A stretch of DNA of 64,000 nt from an uncultured Candidatus Saccharibacteria bacterium (GCA_964357605.1 CAYHLX010000002.1:569-64568), one strand, 5' to 3'; counted from the stretch's first letter, positions 8,954 through 18,690 are shown. Program-made: numbers and translations. The notes: generated by a model from the sequence alone, not told the origin.

Positions 8954-10111
8954 CTAAATTCGCGAGGTTCTGTATATTTCAAGCAAAGCAAAGAGAAGGG
9001 CTAGGACTAGTGGGCCTAGGATAAATCCAATAGCTCCAAAAAATGCCAGTCCTCCGAGCACAGATAGGAGGATGATGAATGGATGAATCTTGATGCCTTT
9101 ATTTACCAAGATTGGTCCGAGAATATTATCGATAAGACCGACGGCAATCATTCCCCATACAAGTAAGGCGATAGCTGGTCCAGTGGCCCCTGTAAAAAAC
9201 AGATATAGAATGCCGGGAACTAGAATTAGAGATGTACCGATACCTGGAATCAGGGCGGCCACAGCAGCAATACTTCCCCAAACGGCAGGATTTGGTACTC
9301 CAAATAAAGCGAATCCAATACCAGTAAGAATTCCCTGTATAATGCCCACGATCAAACTTCCAGCAAAGATAGAGTAGACAGCTTGTTCCAACCTATTCAA
9401 AATTCTTTCGTCATCAGCATCTCCAAGAGGACTAAGAGAAATAATCTGACGTTTCAACTCCTTTCCATCTCTCAAGAAATAGAATAAGGCAAGGAAACCA
9501 ATGAAAATCCCCAAAAGAACTCGACTTAACCCTGTAAATAGAGTGTCTAGATTAGAGAATGCCCACTCTAGACCTACTTGTAAATACTCAGTGATATTGA
9601 GGGTATCAAAAGAATACGCTGGGAAAAGATCGAACAGAGCGTGTGATAGCCATTGAGTAATGGAATTTAAAAGAGTAATAATTTCTGATCTACCTGCCTC
9701 TTCTGTGAGAAAGTAGTACATATCTTGTATTTCGGTGTAGAGCTTTCCCACAATAAAGAATGATGGAACAAGAACGATAAGCGCCACGAGAAGTAGGGTC
9801 AGAAATGAAGCGAAATTGCTTCTTTCCTTATTCTTACAAAAAATACGTAAGAAAAAACGGTAAATCGGCCCGAAGATAACGGCCAGAGCCAGAGCCAAAA
9901 CTACTGGCGTGAGAAATGGTAAAAGAATTAAAACGGCAAGGACAGCCACCGCTAGTAGTAATCCTGTAAAAAAATGATGCGAGGATTGATTATTCATGTC
10001 ATAAGTGTAGCAGATTAGTGGTTTTTGTTCCAATGTGCTAGTATGTAGGTATAAATCTTGTGGCCATTGGAATTCCAAGCTGGTATTGTTCGGCACTAGA
10101 GCTGACGGCAA
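8954..10111 (-). CDS. AI-2E family (UPF0118/PerM-like) membrane transporter
   Basis: A polytopic membrane protein of about 8 TM segments with the length and hydrophobicity pattern of AI-2E transporters. The true start may lie at an internal Met. Confidence 0.7.
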   Translation of the reverse strand: MPSALVPNNTSLEFQWPQDLYLHTSTLEQKPLICYTYDMNNQSSHHFFTGLLLAVAVLAVLILLPFLTPVVLALALAVIFGPIYRFFLRIFCKNKERSNFASFLTLLLVALIVLVPSFFIVGKLYTEIQDMYYFLTEEAGRSEIITLLNSITQWLSHALFDLFPAYSFDTLNITEYLQVGLEWAFSNLDTLFTGLSRVLLGIFIGFLALFYFLRDGKELKRQIISLSPLGDADDERILNRLEQAVYSIFAGSLIVGIIQGILTGIGFALFGVPNPAVWGSIAAVAALIPGIGTSLILVPGILYLFFTGATGPAIALLVWGMIAVGLIDNILGPILVNKGIKIHPFIILLSVLGGLAFFGAIGFILGPLVLALLFALLEIYRTSRI

Positions 10112-10134
10112 GTCAAAAGTAGCGATTTCGATCG

Positions 10135-10506
10135 CTATTTTTGTTTATAAAAATCAATGATGCTGAAAAAGCATAAATTTCCATTACTGGCTTTAATCGT
10201 AACTATTTTAATAAAATAGTTTTTATCTACTTCTTTTGAAATTTCACAGAACACAAACTTGTTCCCTTTTGTGTATCTAGCGGTCGACTGTTTTGAACTG
10301 ATAATTTCTGGTATATATTTAAGAAGACCGAATCTCCTTATTTGATCGTCGATTGGACGTAAACCTTTCTTTTTTCTCAAGAAATGCCTAAAACCTCGCC
10401 GATTAAAATAAATAGGGGTACCAGATAAAATAGGGCATGGAATAGATCCAATTGAAAAATAGTACTTTCTTGCTTCTACGAGAGATTTGGTATATTCAGA
10501 TATCAC
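10135..10506 (-). CDS. Hypothetical protein (123 aa), last gene of the low-GC island operon
   Basis: An ORF with no similarity I can recognise, sitting in a visibly lower-GC block. Confidence 0.4.
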   Translation of the reverse strand: MISEYTKSLVEARKYYFSIGSIPCPILSGTPIYFNRRGFRHFLRKKKGLRPIDDQIRRFGLLKYIPEIISSKQSTARYTKGNKFVFCEISKEVDKNYFIKIVTIKASNGNLCFFSIIDFYKQK

Positions 10507-10621
10507 CTATACACCCTAACAAACACATGATGAAGAAATACCTAAAAAAGAATAAAGTTTTGATAAAATTTGTAGCTAGACAACAAAAAACTATTTCTTG
10601 CAAGAACGATATATCCCTATT

Positions 10622-11110
10622 TTACTCAATAAAACGTTTAGAACTATGTTTTATCTCATTAGCGATCAAGCTCTTACCTCTTTTATACATGGACTCCTCC
10701 ACATTTTCATATTCAACCAAATATAAATTAGGGATATTTTTTAACTGGTCCATAATATTCATGATTTTTATCTCAGAAAACACTGGTACTGATTCATAAC
10801 TAACGTATTCACCTTCTAGTTTTTCGGGGCTAAGCTGAAAATATTTAGATTCTACTTCATACAAATAACCGCTATTGTTTAACAATTCTAATTTGCCCGG
10901 CTGTAACTCATCAATATACATATCTTTTTCTTTTGTATAAGGATTAAACACATACGAAATAGCAACCTCATCTCCAGTGCCATAGATCATAGCGAGTGCA
11001 TAATTCTTATCATTAGTTGCAAATACTATCTTCTTGTTGCCACCCACTATGTGAGATTGTGGTTCAAAAAATTTTATCCCACCTATTTTAGATCCGTGAT
11101 AAAAAATCAT
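10622..11110 (-). CDS. Hypothetical protein with minimal H-G-S / Y / E-Y-V-x-Y signature reminiscent of H-Y-E class ADP-ribosyltransferase fold (PARP/diphtheria-toxin-like)
   Basis: The N-terminal MIFYHGSKIGG compares with diphtheria toxin SYHGTKPG and PARP LWHGS. IVFATNDKNYALAM resembles PARP G.YFA...Y. EGEYVSYES resembles the PARP catalytic YNEYIVYD. These are motif-level comparisons only. Confidence 0.4.
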   Translation of the reverse strand: MIFYHGSKIGGIKFFEPQSHIVGGNKKIVFATNDKNYALAMIYGTGDEVAISYVFNPYTKEKDMYIDELQPGKLELLNNSGYLYEVESKYFQLSPEKLEGEYVSYESVPVFSEIKIMNIMDQLKNIPNLYLVEYENVEESMYKRGKSLIANEIKHSSKRFIE

Positions 11111-11118
11111 ATTATTAG

Positions 11119-11481
11119 TTATCTCCTATAACCAGACAAAGTTTCGTTATATTCCCTTTCATCCTTAAAAACCTTCTGTTCTTTAATAACAGGCGAAAAT
11201 ATTTTCACAATCTCATCCCACTCTTCTTTTGTGACTTTTATGGCAAATTTCGTTTCTATAGGTACATCGTATCTCCAAATCTTGATATAACCATTTAATT
11301 CTCCTGAACCTACAAAAACATCTAGATCATGATTATCCTCACTTTTATATCCTTCAATATACCCGTAGTCCACTGGGTAGGTCACTCCAGCCAAAGGATA
11401 GTCTTTCCAGATCGGATCATTCTCAATCTCAAATGATTTATAACTACCCTTTAGATTTTCTATGACGACTTTATTATTCAT
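11119..11481 (-). CDS. Inorganic pyrophosphatase-like protein, N-terminally truncated relative to family I PPases
   Basis: YPVDYGYIEGYKSEDNHDLDVFVG matches the PPase core YPxNYGxIPxTxxxDGDPxDVLV. I chose the start at the internal Met (MNNKVV...) to avoid a long overlap with the NUDIX gene. The ORF in the track extends to 11556. Confidence 0.5.
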   Translation of the reverse strand: MNNKVVIENLKGSYKSFEIENDPIWKDYPLAGVTYPVDYGYIEGYKSEDNHDLDVFVGSGELNGYIKIWRYDVPIETKFAIKVTKEEWDEIVKIFSPVIKEQKVFKDEREYNETLSGYRR

Positions 11482-11932
11482 GTTTATTTTTCCACTTCTC
11501 CTGAAACTCCTTAACCCCTTGTAACCACCCGCCCTTAAAATAATTCTCTGGAACAAATGAATCTATGGACACCCATTCGTGTCTTTCATGATTTTTACCG
11601 AGGCTCAGATCACCGCCTAAATATTTCGCATCATACCCCACGGCAAAAATCCTCCTCTTGGCTCTCTCGCCAGAAGAAAGGATTTCGTCTCTTTCGTGAC
11701 GCATAAAGACAATAGGCTCTCCTAATTCGTATTTAACCTTGTCACCAAGCTCTTCTTTGATCTTTCTTTCGACAACAGACTCTAGGGGTGTGGAAAAATC
11801 ATTCTCCCTTAACCTCCCGCCTGGAATATCCCAGTCTCCAAACCTATCTTTCGTAATCAACATTCTTCCCTTCTCATCTTGCAAGAAGACTTTTACCGCT
11901 ACAAAATAAACATCTTTATTAGTTGATTCCAC
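11474..11932 (-). CDS. NUDIX hydrolase
   Basis: The Nudix box is present: GGRLRENDFSTPLESVVERKIKEELG (Gx5Ex7REUxEExGU). Confidence 0.75.
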   Translation of the reverse strand: MESTNKDVYFVAVKVFLQDEKGRMLITKDRFGDWDIPGGRLRENDFSTPLESVVERKIKEELGDKVKYELGEPIVFMRHERDEILSSGERAKRRIFAVGYDAKYLGGDLSLGKNHERHEWVSIDSFVPENYFKGGWLQGVKEFQEKWKNKHE

Positions 11933-12004
11933 TATATTTAATGTATTTATAAAAGATAAGATATGTTACTATTATTTAAATAATAGATTATACTTAATCA
12001 TATC

Positions 12005-12589
12005 ATGCCAAAATGCTTAGTAAAAGATTGTCAGAAATTGACCCAATTCAAGAATACTAAAAATAAATACTGCTTAATGCACCTGGCTAGAATTAGGAGA
12101 CACGGTTATCCAGAGCTAAAAAAAGAACGAGGAGAACATAGTTCAGAGAAACTTCCTCATTCACTAGATAATTTTATTTTAAAAAACAGTAACATAATGG
12201 ATGACGAGGGGATAGTAACTAAATTAGAAAAAATGGGTTATAAAAATATAAGCAGATGGAACATAGGATATAGAAGAAGAAAGTTGGGGAAAAGAAAGTA
12301 CCTTCGTGGAGAAATTAAAAAACATAAAGCTTGGATCCGTACACAAGCAATAAGAAAGTATGGTGATAAATGTGAGATTTGCGGATATTGCATGGCAGTA
12401 GATACTCATCATATTATCCCTAAATACCAGGGAGGTCCTCACGAGATCGAAAATTTAATAGTAATATGTCCGAACTGCCATGCTCTTATTACACGAGGAA
12501 AAATGATTTTGAAAAGTAGAGACAATATAACAAAAATCCGTAAAGAAATGATGAGTGTTATCAAATCCTATTATAAATTTCAAGAATAA
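12005..12589 (+). CDS. HNH endonuclease
   Basis: The C-terminal CEICGYCMAVDTHHIIPKYQGGPHEIENLIVICPNCH is the HNH motif. A Cys-rich N-terminus is also present. The gene lies at the edge of the low-GC island and is the only plus-strand gene in its neighbourhood. Confidence 0.7.
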   Translation: MPKCLVKDCQKLTQFKNTKNKYCLMHLARIRRHGYPELKKERGEHSSEKLPHSLDNFILKNSNIMDDEGIVTKLEKMGYKNISRWNIGYRRRKLGKRKYLRGEIKKHKAWIRTQAIRKYGDKCEICGYCMAVDTHHIIPKYQGGPHEIENLIVICPNCHALITRGKMILKSRDNITKIRKEMMSVIKSYYKFQE

Positions 12590-12591
12590 TA

Positions 12592-15126
12592 CTATTTTTT
12601 ATGGTAAGAGGCATTTATCATTCCACACTTTTTCCATTTATAGACCTCGTTTGTTGTAGGGTTGATGGCACCACAAGGACACGGATCATTCCTACCAACT
12701 TCTGGATTCTTAGCAACTGGTACCGAAGCTTTTGAGCCCCCATCTCCTTCAGTAATAGCCTGAGCCTCATCATGAACCTCCTTTAGCTTTACTTGTTCTG
12801 GTGCCGCAACTTGCGCAGCAATATGAGGTAGTAGATTTAATATTTGATTGTCTATCACCACCTGCATCTCCTTAAAAAGTCTTAGTCCTTCCCTTTTGTA
12901 CTCCACCAAAGGATCGCGCTGTCCATAAGCTCGGAGATTAACACTTGAGCGTGTGTAGTCCATCACTTCCAAATGTTCAACCCAAAACATATCTATCGTC
13001 TGAAGCATGATCTGGCGAGCCGTAAGGAGAAATCTCTCTTTCCCAATCTGAGAAATCTTGTCTTCCATTACTTTTTTAGCCTCGGCATTTTCACCAATCA
13101 CTTCTAGAAGTTTAGACTCCACTTCCTCCGGAGTACCCATGAGAATCTTTCTTCTTCTTTCGTACACCGTTTTTCTCTGCTGGTTCAAAATGTCATCATA
13201 TTCCAAAACATGTTTTCGAGAATCAAAGTTAAAACCTTCAATTTTGGACTGGGCATTTTCCAAAGTTTTAGTGATCATTCTATTTTCAATCGCCTGATCA
13301 TCGGCAATATTGAGCTTACCCATCAGGCTTTTTACAGTATCGGAGGCAAAAACTCTCATCAGAGAATCTTCCAGAGAAACAAAGAATTGAGTCGCTCCAG
13401 GATCACCCTGTCGTCCAGATCTCCCTCGCAACTGGTTGTCTATACGACGAGCCTCATGTCTTTCAGTACCCAGAACAAAAAGGCCGCCAAAACTTTTGAC
13501 CTCTTCATATAGCTCCTTACTTCCAGGATTACCTCCAAGCTTGATATCCACTCCACGACCAGCCATGTTTGTAGCAATCGTCACCCCGCTCTTTTTACCA
13601 GCCTGAGCAATAATTTCCCCTTCCTTTTCGTGATTCTTAGCATTCAGAACTTGATGAACAACCCCTTCGGCCTTCAAAAATTCAGACAAGACCTCATTCT
13701 TTTCAATAGAAACTGTACCGATCAAGACAGGTTGCCCCTTTTGATTTAACTCTTTAACTTTTCTTGCAATGGCCTTAAACTTCCCAATTTCAGTTTGAAA
13801 GATAAGATCGTTATGATCCTCGCGAGCAATAGACTTGTTCGTAGGAACAATCAAAGTATCTAAACCATAAACCTTATAAAATTCCTCACTGGAAGTGGCT
13901 GCCGTACCTGTCATACCAGAAAGTTTCTTGTAAAGTCTAAAATAGTTCTGGAAAGTAATGGATGCAAAAGTTCTAGACTCTTTCTGGATAGGAACTCCTT
14001 CCTTGGCTTCGATCGCCTGATGCAGTCCTTCTGACCAACGACGCCCCGGCTGTAATCGTCCAGTAAATGTATCTACAATCACCACTTCATTGTCTTTCAC
14101 TACATACTCCTGATCATTATTATAAAGTGCCTTCGCTTTCACCGCTGTCTCTAAATGGTGCACATATTTTATCCCTTTATCAGTATAAATATTCCCAATG
14201 CCGAGTTTCTTTTCCACCTTCTCTATACCTGCTGGAGTAAGAGCAATACTTTTATGTTTTTCATCAACAGTGTAGTCCTCTTCTTTTACCAGCTCACGAG
14301 CAATCATAGAAAATGTCTGGTAAAGATTTTCCGAATCGGTAGTCGGTGAAGAAATGATGAGAGGCGTTCTCGCTTCATCGATAAGAATTGAGTCCACCTC
14401 ATCCACAACAGCATAATTAAACTCCCTCTGACGAAGATTCTGTTCTTGATATTCTAGATTATCACGCAAATAATCAAAACCAAATTCATTATTTGTGCCG
14501 TAGGTAATGTCTGCTGCATAGGCCTCCCGGCGAGAAACTGGGCGCAAAAATTCATGAACAACATGGAAAGCCCCTTTCTCATCTCTCTCCTTGTCTTTCT
14601 CGGTATGGGCTGGATCGTAGATAAAAGAAGATTCATGATTGATCACCCCCGTAGAAATTCCTAAAGCCGCATAAACTTGACCCATCCAAACTGCATCGCG
14701 TCTGGAAAGGTAGTCGTTCACCGTGACAATATGCACACCCTTACCAGTCAAAGCGTTAAGGTAAGCCGGTAAAGTTGCGACTAGAGTCTTTCCTTCTCCT
14801 GTCCTCATCTCGGCAATATTACCATTATGTAAAATCGCCCCTCCAATGAGCTGCACATCAAAATGTCTCTGTCCCAAAGTCCTTTTTGAAGCCTCTCGTA
14901 CCAGAGCAAAAGCTTCTGGAAGGATTTCGTTCAAAATCACTTTCTGTTCTTCGTAACTTTTTCCTGCCAATCTTGATTTAAATTCGGCCGTTTTTTCTTT
15001 CAACTGAACGTCAGAAAGAGCAGAGGTAGTTGATTCTAAAGCGTTAATCTGAGATACAAAACCCTCAAATTTCTTGAGATTTTTCTTATTCTGATCACCA
15101 AAAATGTTTTTGATAGAAAATGCCAC
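12592..15126 (-). CDS. secA: Preprotein translocase ATPase SecA
   Basis: 844 aa. Walker A MRTGEGKTLVATLPAYLNAL, DEAD-like motifs, and a C-terminal Cys cluster CPCG...KCG. Confidence 0.95.
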   Translation of the reverse strand: MAFSIKNIFGDQNKKNLKKFEGFVSQINALESTTSALSDVQLKEKTAEFKSRLAGKSYEEQKVILNEILPEAFALVREASKRTLGQRHFDVQLIGGAILHNGNIAEMRTGEGKTLVATLPAYLNALTGKGVHIVTVNDYLSRRDAVWMGQVYAALGISTGVINHESSFIYDPAHTEKDKERDEKGAFHVVHEFLRPVSRREAYAADITYGTNNEFGFDYLRDNLEYQEQNLRQREFNYAVVDEVDSILIDEARTPLIISSPTTDSENLYQTFSMIARELVKEEDYTVDEKHKSIALTPAGIEKVEKKLGIGNIYTDKGIKYVHHLETAVKAKALYNNDQEYVVKDNEVVIVDTFTGRLQPGRRWSEGLHQAIEAKEGVPIQKESRTFASITFQNYFRLYKKLSGMTGTAATSSEEFYKVYGLDTLIVPTNKSIAREDHNDLIFQTEIGKFKAIARKVKELNQKGQPVLIGTVSIEKNEVLSEFLKAEGVVHQVLNAKNHEKEGEIIAQAGKKSGVTIATNMAGRGVDIKLGGNPGSKELYEEVKSFGGLFVLGTERHEARRIDNQLRGRSGRQGDPGATQFFVSLEDSLMRVFASDTVKSLMGKLNIADDQAIENRMITKTLENAQSKIEGFNFDSRKHVLEYDDILNQQRKTVYERRRKILMGTPEEVESKLLEVIGENAEAKKVMEDKISQIGKERFLLTARQIMLQTIDMFWVEHLEVMDYTRSSVNLRAYGQRDPLVEYKREGLRLFKEMQVVIDNQILNLLPHIAAQVAAPEQVKLKEVHDEAQAITEGDGGSKASVPVAKNPEVGRNDPCPCGAINPTTNEVYKWKKCGMINASYHKK

Positions 15127-15143
15127 CGAGGCACTATAACATA

Positions 15144-16208
15144 TTATCCCACATATTGCACTTCTGTCTCTATCTCTATGCCCGTCTTTTCCTTAACAAT
15201 TTCGGTGATATTTTGAGCGAACTCCTTTACCTCACGAGCTGTAGCATTTCCATTATTAACTAGGACCAAAGCTTGGTTTCTGTACGTTCCCACATCCCCT
15301 TTTGAAATACCTCTATATTTACAAACCTGATCAATAATCCAGCCAAGTGGTACTTTCACAATCTTGTCATCTATAGGAAAAAGAGGCATGTCTGGATAGG
15401 TGGCTTTAAGCTCATGAGCTTCCGCATGGGAGATGAGAGGATTCTTAAAAAATGATCCAGCGGTACCAACAAGCTTAACATCAGGCAGTTTGTTGCGACG
15501 GATATCTATCACGGCATTGCGCACCTGAGAAAGTGTTGGGGCGATAATATCTTTCTTTGAAAAATGATCCCTAACATCTTTATAACCTACATTCACCTTC
15601 CCCTCCTTCTTCAAAATAAAAGTTATAGAAATAATAATAAACCTGCCTGATTCTCTCTTGAATAGACTGTCACGATACGAAAAATGGCAATCTAGATTTG
15701 AAATATTCAAAAATTCACCTTTTTTAGTATCAAAAGCTCTCACAGAATCGATCGTATCTTTGGCTTCACTCCCATAAGCGCCGATATTCTGCACTGGAGC
15801 GGCGCCGACAGTCCCCGGAATATATGACAAATTTTCTATTCCATAGAGATCTTTTTTCACACACTCTTCTACAAAAGAATCCCAATCTTCGCCAGCTTTC
15901 GCTATAACTTGCACATTTCCATTTTCATCTGGAATATATTCTACCCCTTTAATCTCCATATTTATCACCAAACCCTGGAAACCTTCATCTGAAACTAAAA
16001 TATTTGATCCGCCACCAAGCACAAAAAATGGTACTCTCTTTGTTTTAGCAAAATCTAAAGCTTCCAAAAGCTCCGATTCACTTCTCACATAACAAAAGAA
16101 CTGGGCCTGCCCCCCAATTCTAAATGTGGTAAATTCTTTGAGGTTTTTGTTATTTTCGATCTTCATCTTTTGATTGCGCCAAATATTGGCGACGGGTGTT
16201 AGCTCCAA
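15144..16208 (-). CDS. murB: UDP-N-acetylenolpyruvoylglucosamine reductase
   Basis: The FAD-binding N-terminus FTTFRIGGQAQFFCYVRSESELLEALDFAKTKRVPFFVLGGGSNIL matches MurB. The start may be an internal Met. Confidence 0.85.
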   Translation of the reverse strand: MELTPVANIWRNQKMKIENNKNLKEFTTFRIGGQAQFFCYVRSESELLEALDFAKTKRVPFFVLGGGSNILVSDEGFQGLVINMEIKGVEYIPDENGNVQVIAKAGEDWDSFVEECVKKDLYGIENLSYIPGTVGAAPVQNIGAYGSEAKDTIDSVRAFDTKKGEFLNISNLDCHFSYRDSLFKRESGRFIIISITFILKKEGKVNVGYKDVRDHFSKKDIIAPTLSQVRNAVIDIRRNKLPDVKLVGTAGSFFKNPLISHAEAHELKATYPDMPLFPIDDKIVKVPLGWIIDQVCKYRGISKGDVGTYRNQALVLVNNGNATAREVKEFAQNITEIVKEKTGIEIETEVQYVG

Positions 16209-16398
16209 ATATAATGTCTAAATTAATATGTGAGTACAGCCGCCGCCAGCACTTGAAACAATCCTACTTATTCTACCATAAACGCAAATTCCTGCCGAGG
16301 CAGGAGCTTACGTAGACATTTATTTGATGGACTAACATTTTATGTGTTAGTACTCACACAGGTATATTATACGCCTTTTCCACAGGTTATGCAATGAG

Positions 16399-18690
16399 TT
16401 ATCCACCAACTTCAACCTGTTTTATGGCTTCATCAACTTGAGTTTTCAAGTCAGGATGATCTTTAGCAATCTTTCGAAGGGTTGCAATCGCCTCATATTT
16501 TAACCCGGCCATATTTTGGACTTGAGCCAACTGACTATTCAAACTCAGATCTGTAGGATTAGCTACGAGAAGTTTTTTGTATAAGGCAATAGATTTTGAA
16601 TAATTTTTGATCGAAGCATAAATCTGCGCTATTTGCGTCGTTTCAAACAGCTCTGGGCTATCACTAAAAATCTTTCTGGCTTCATCTTCTTTCCCTGCTG
16701 CGACAAGTACCGAGAGATATGAACTCTTTGCTACGGTATAGCCTGGTTCAGATTCATATGCTTTTTTATACAAAGCTAGGGCGTCTTCCATTCTATTGGC
16801 ATTGATGTACGCTCCAGCAAGCTGAAAACTTATGGACTGCTTATCCGGAGAAAGTTTGTGAGCTTTTTCTAGCAGAGGAGTAGAGACAATAAACTGTCCC
16901 GTAGAATTGTAGAAACCACCAGCCAGGACGTAAATTCTAGCGTCTTCTGGAGCACTGTCAATTTGTTTTTTAACTTCTTGGGACAGAAATTCTAAGAATT
17001 TTTGCTTTTGTTCATTTGAATATGGACCATTCATCACAGAACCTGTACAGCTGATCAGTTGTTCCCTAATCTCCTGATTGGCCATAGAACTATCTATAGC
17101 TAGGGCTCTTTCATAGAATTCTGTAGACCCGCCTGTTTGTTGCGTACCACAGGCCCTGAGAGCATCCACAAGACGTAGATTAGCCTGTATTGGACGAACG
17201 TTGATAAAATACAACACCACAAGAAACAAGATCACTACTACAGGAAAGATGGCATAATCTCTCACAATATTGAAGTTTTCACTCTGAGTATTTATTCTTT
17301 TTTCTACCCAAGATAGTGATTTGCCAGATTCCATAGAATGAACAAAGGCCAAGATAGTGAAGAAGAGTACATAACTTGCCAAGTTATCGAACACGAAGAC
17401 GTTGTGTATACCATATCCCACAATCAAACCTATGAATATCGCTTTCTCAGTCAGAGACAAACCACTTCTCCAAACCGAAATAAGAGAGATAATGAAAAAC
17501 GATAGATAAGCAATCAGCCCAAGTAACCCAGCCGCTACCAACCAATCTAGAAAAACACTATGAGCTCTATCAAACCATTGTTCCTGGTTCCACATTCTAG
17601 GCTCATAATTTTCATTAAAAATGTAATTAAAATTTTCTTGACCCAAACCGATAATGGCTTCTTTTGGGGAATCAAAGACCCCCTTTACCGCCATTGGCCA
17701 AATAAATCCTCGAGCCTGAGTCTTGGTATCCTGCCAAGAGATAGAAGCCATACGACGTAGAGTCTCGTTGTTCTGGATAAAAGCCGCGTCTTTATTGGCG
17801 TAAAAAAGAATTCCCAAAAGAATAGTTAGAACAATGATAGAGCCGGAAGCAATTCTTATTTTTTTATGTGCCTTATCAAAGATCGCTAAAATAAGTAGCA
17901 TAACGAGACCTCCCCCCATCAGTCCGATAAGCGTACCTCTTGTTCCTGTTTCAAAGAGGATAAAAGCAAAAAGAAGAGTAAAAATGCTGTAGATCCAAAC
18001 TTTGACTGGTTGTTTCTTGGCCCAGGACACAGAGAGCAGGTAGAGAGAAATAAAGATATGGAAGAGCATATACACCGCCAAATAGATTGCATTTCCTAGA
18101 GAAGCATCTATACGCGTTGAGCCTTGGTGAATATCGGCAACTCCAGTAAGTTGAAAAATACCATAGATAGATGCAAGCAAAGCAACAAAAAGTGACACAT
18201 TAAAAAACTTGTGCCAAATTTTCTTCTCTTGAAAAACACTCCCCAGTACTATGAAATAAGCCCAAATATGTACAATCGCCATCCAACCTTCCATACGTTC
18301 AAAGTTTGACCAGATACTTCGTAGAGGATTCATCCCGAGCAGATCAGCAATGAGTACAATTACAGCAAAAGATGAGATAGCCACAGTCAGCCAAGAAAAC
18401 TTGGGAACATACTTTCTGTCTCTAAGCATGAGCAGGATCCAAGCCCCAAACATCACCTCCACAATGATACGAAACACAAAGGCCTTACTCGTAATAAAAG
18501 GAAAGAAAAAGTCATTGGCAAAGAAAATCAAACCGCTAGGATCCTTAACCCCCGGATCCGAAGGAGCAATAAGGAAGATAAATGGAATCAAAAAAATACC
18601 GCTAAAAATAATGTACTTGAGAATGTTGGTGATTGTATTATTGTTCATGAGAGATATCGTATCATTATTATTCTCTAGATGCCAAGTCAA
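16399..18690 (-). CDS. O-antigen ligase/polymerase (Wzy_C-like) polytopic membrane protein fused to C-terminal TPR-repeat domain
   Basis: The N-terminal roughly 480 aa are multi-TM. The C-terminal roughly 280 aa are TPR-like (ALALYKKAYESEPGYTVAKSSYLSVLVAAGKEDEARKIF...). The 4-nt ATGA overlap with the upstream ABC gene indicates translational coupling. Confidence 0.65.
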   Translation of the reverse strand: MTWHLENNNDTISLMNNNTITNILKYIIFSGIFLIPFIFLIAPSDPGVKDPSGLIFFANDFFFPFITSKAFVFRIIVEVMFGAWILLMLRDRKYVPKFSWLTVAISSFAVIVLIADLLGMNPLRSIWSNFERMEGWMAIVHIWAYFIVLGSVFQEKKIWHKFFNVSLFVALLASIYGIFQLTGVADIHQGSTRIDASLGNAIYLAVYMLFHIFISLYLLSVSWAKKQPVKVWIYSIFTLLFAFILFETGTRGTLIGLMGGGLVMLLILAIFDKAHKKIRIASGSIIVLTILLGILFYANKDAAFIQNNETLRRMASISWQDTKTQARGFIWPMAVKGVFDSPKEAIIGLGQENFNYIFNENYEPRMWNQEQWFDRAHSVFLDWLVAAGLLGLIAYLSFFIISLISVWRSGLSLTEKAIFIGLIVGYGIHNVFVFDNLASYVLFFTILAFVHSMESGKSLSWVEKRINTQSENFNIVRDYAIFPVVVILFLVVLYFINVRPIQANLRLVDALRACGTQQTGGSTEFYERALAIDSSMANQEIREQLISCTGSVMNGPYSNEQKQKFLEFLSQEVKKQIDSAPEDARIYVLAGGFYNSTGQFIVSTPLLEKAHKLSPDKQSISFQLAGAYINANRMEDALALYKKAYESEPGYTVAKSSYLSVLVAAGKEDEARKIFSDSPELFETTQIAQIYASIKNYSKSIALYKKLLVANPTDLSLNSQLAQVQNMAGLKYEAIATLRKIAKDHPDLKTQVDEAIKQVEVGG

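Noticed and set aside
5182-9377. Internal or antisense ORFs such as 5182..5433, 7097..7324, 7209..7397, 8472..8909 and 9090..9377.
   Set aside because: They are embedded in or antisense to well-supported conserved genes (HTH-TM protein, gatB, obg, AI-2E transporter), with low-complexity translations. Similar antisense ORFs elsewhere (e.g. 13058..13297, 19261..19542, 50718..51085) are rejected for the same reason.
10622-11110. The 162-aa protein as an RNA 2'-phosphotransferase Tpt1/KptA homolog, based on the YHGS motif.
   Set aside because: In Tpt1 the LYHGT motif is in the C-terminal lobe, and the catalytic Arg-His pair lies in an N-terminal winged-helix domain that is absent here. The motif order (HGS at the extreme N-terminus, E-Y-x-x-Y near the middle) fits a minimal PARP/DT-like ART better. 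It remains only motif-level inference.
16237-16360. 9-bp inverted repeat tgtgagtac/gtactcaca and the cctgcc-ga-ggcagg hairpin in the murB/ligase intergenic region as regulatory elements or terminators.
   Set aside because: The stems are short, the spacing is long (~100 nt), and there is no adjacent U-tract in the right orientation. The evidence is insufficient to call a feature.
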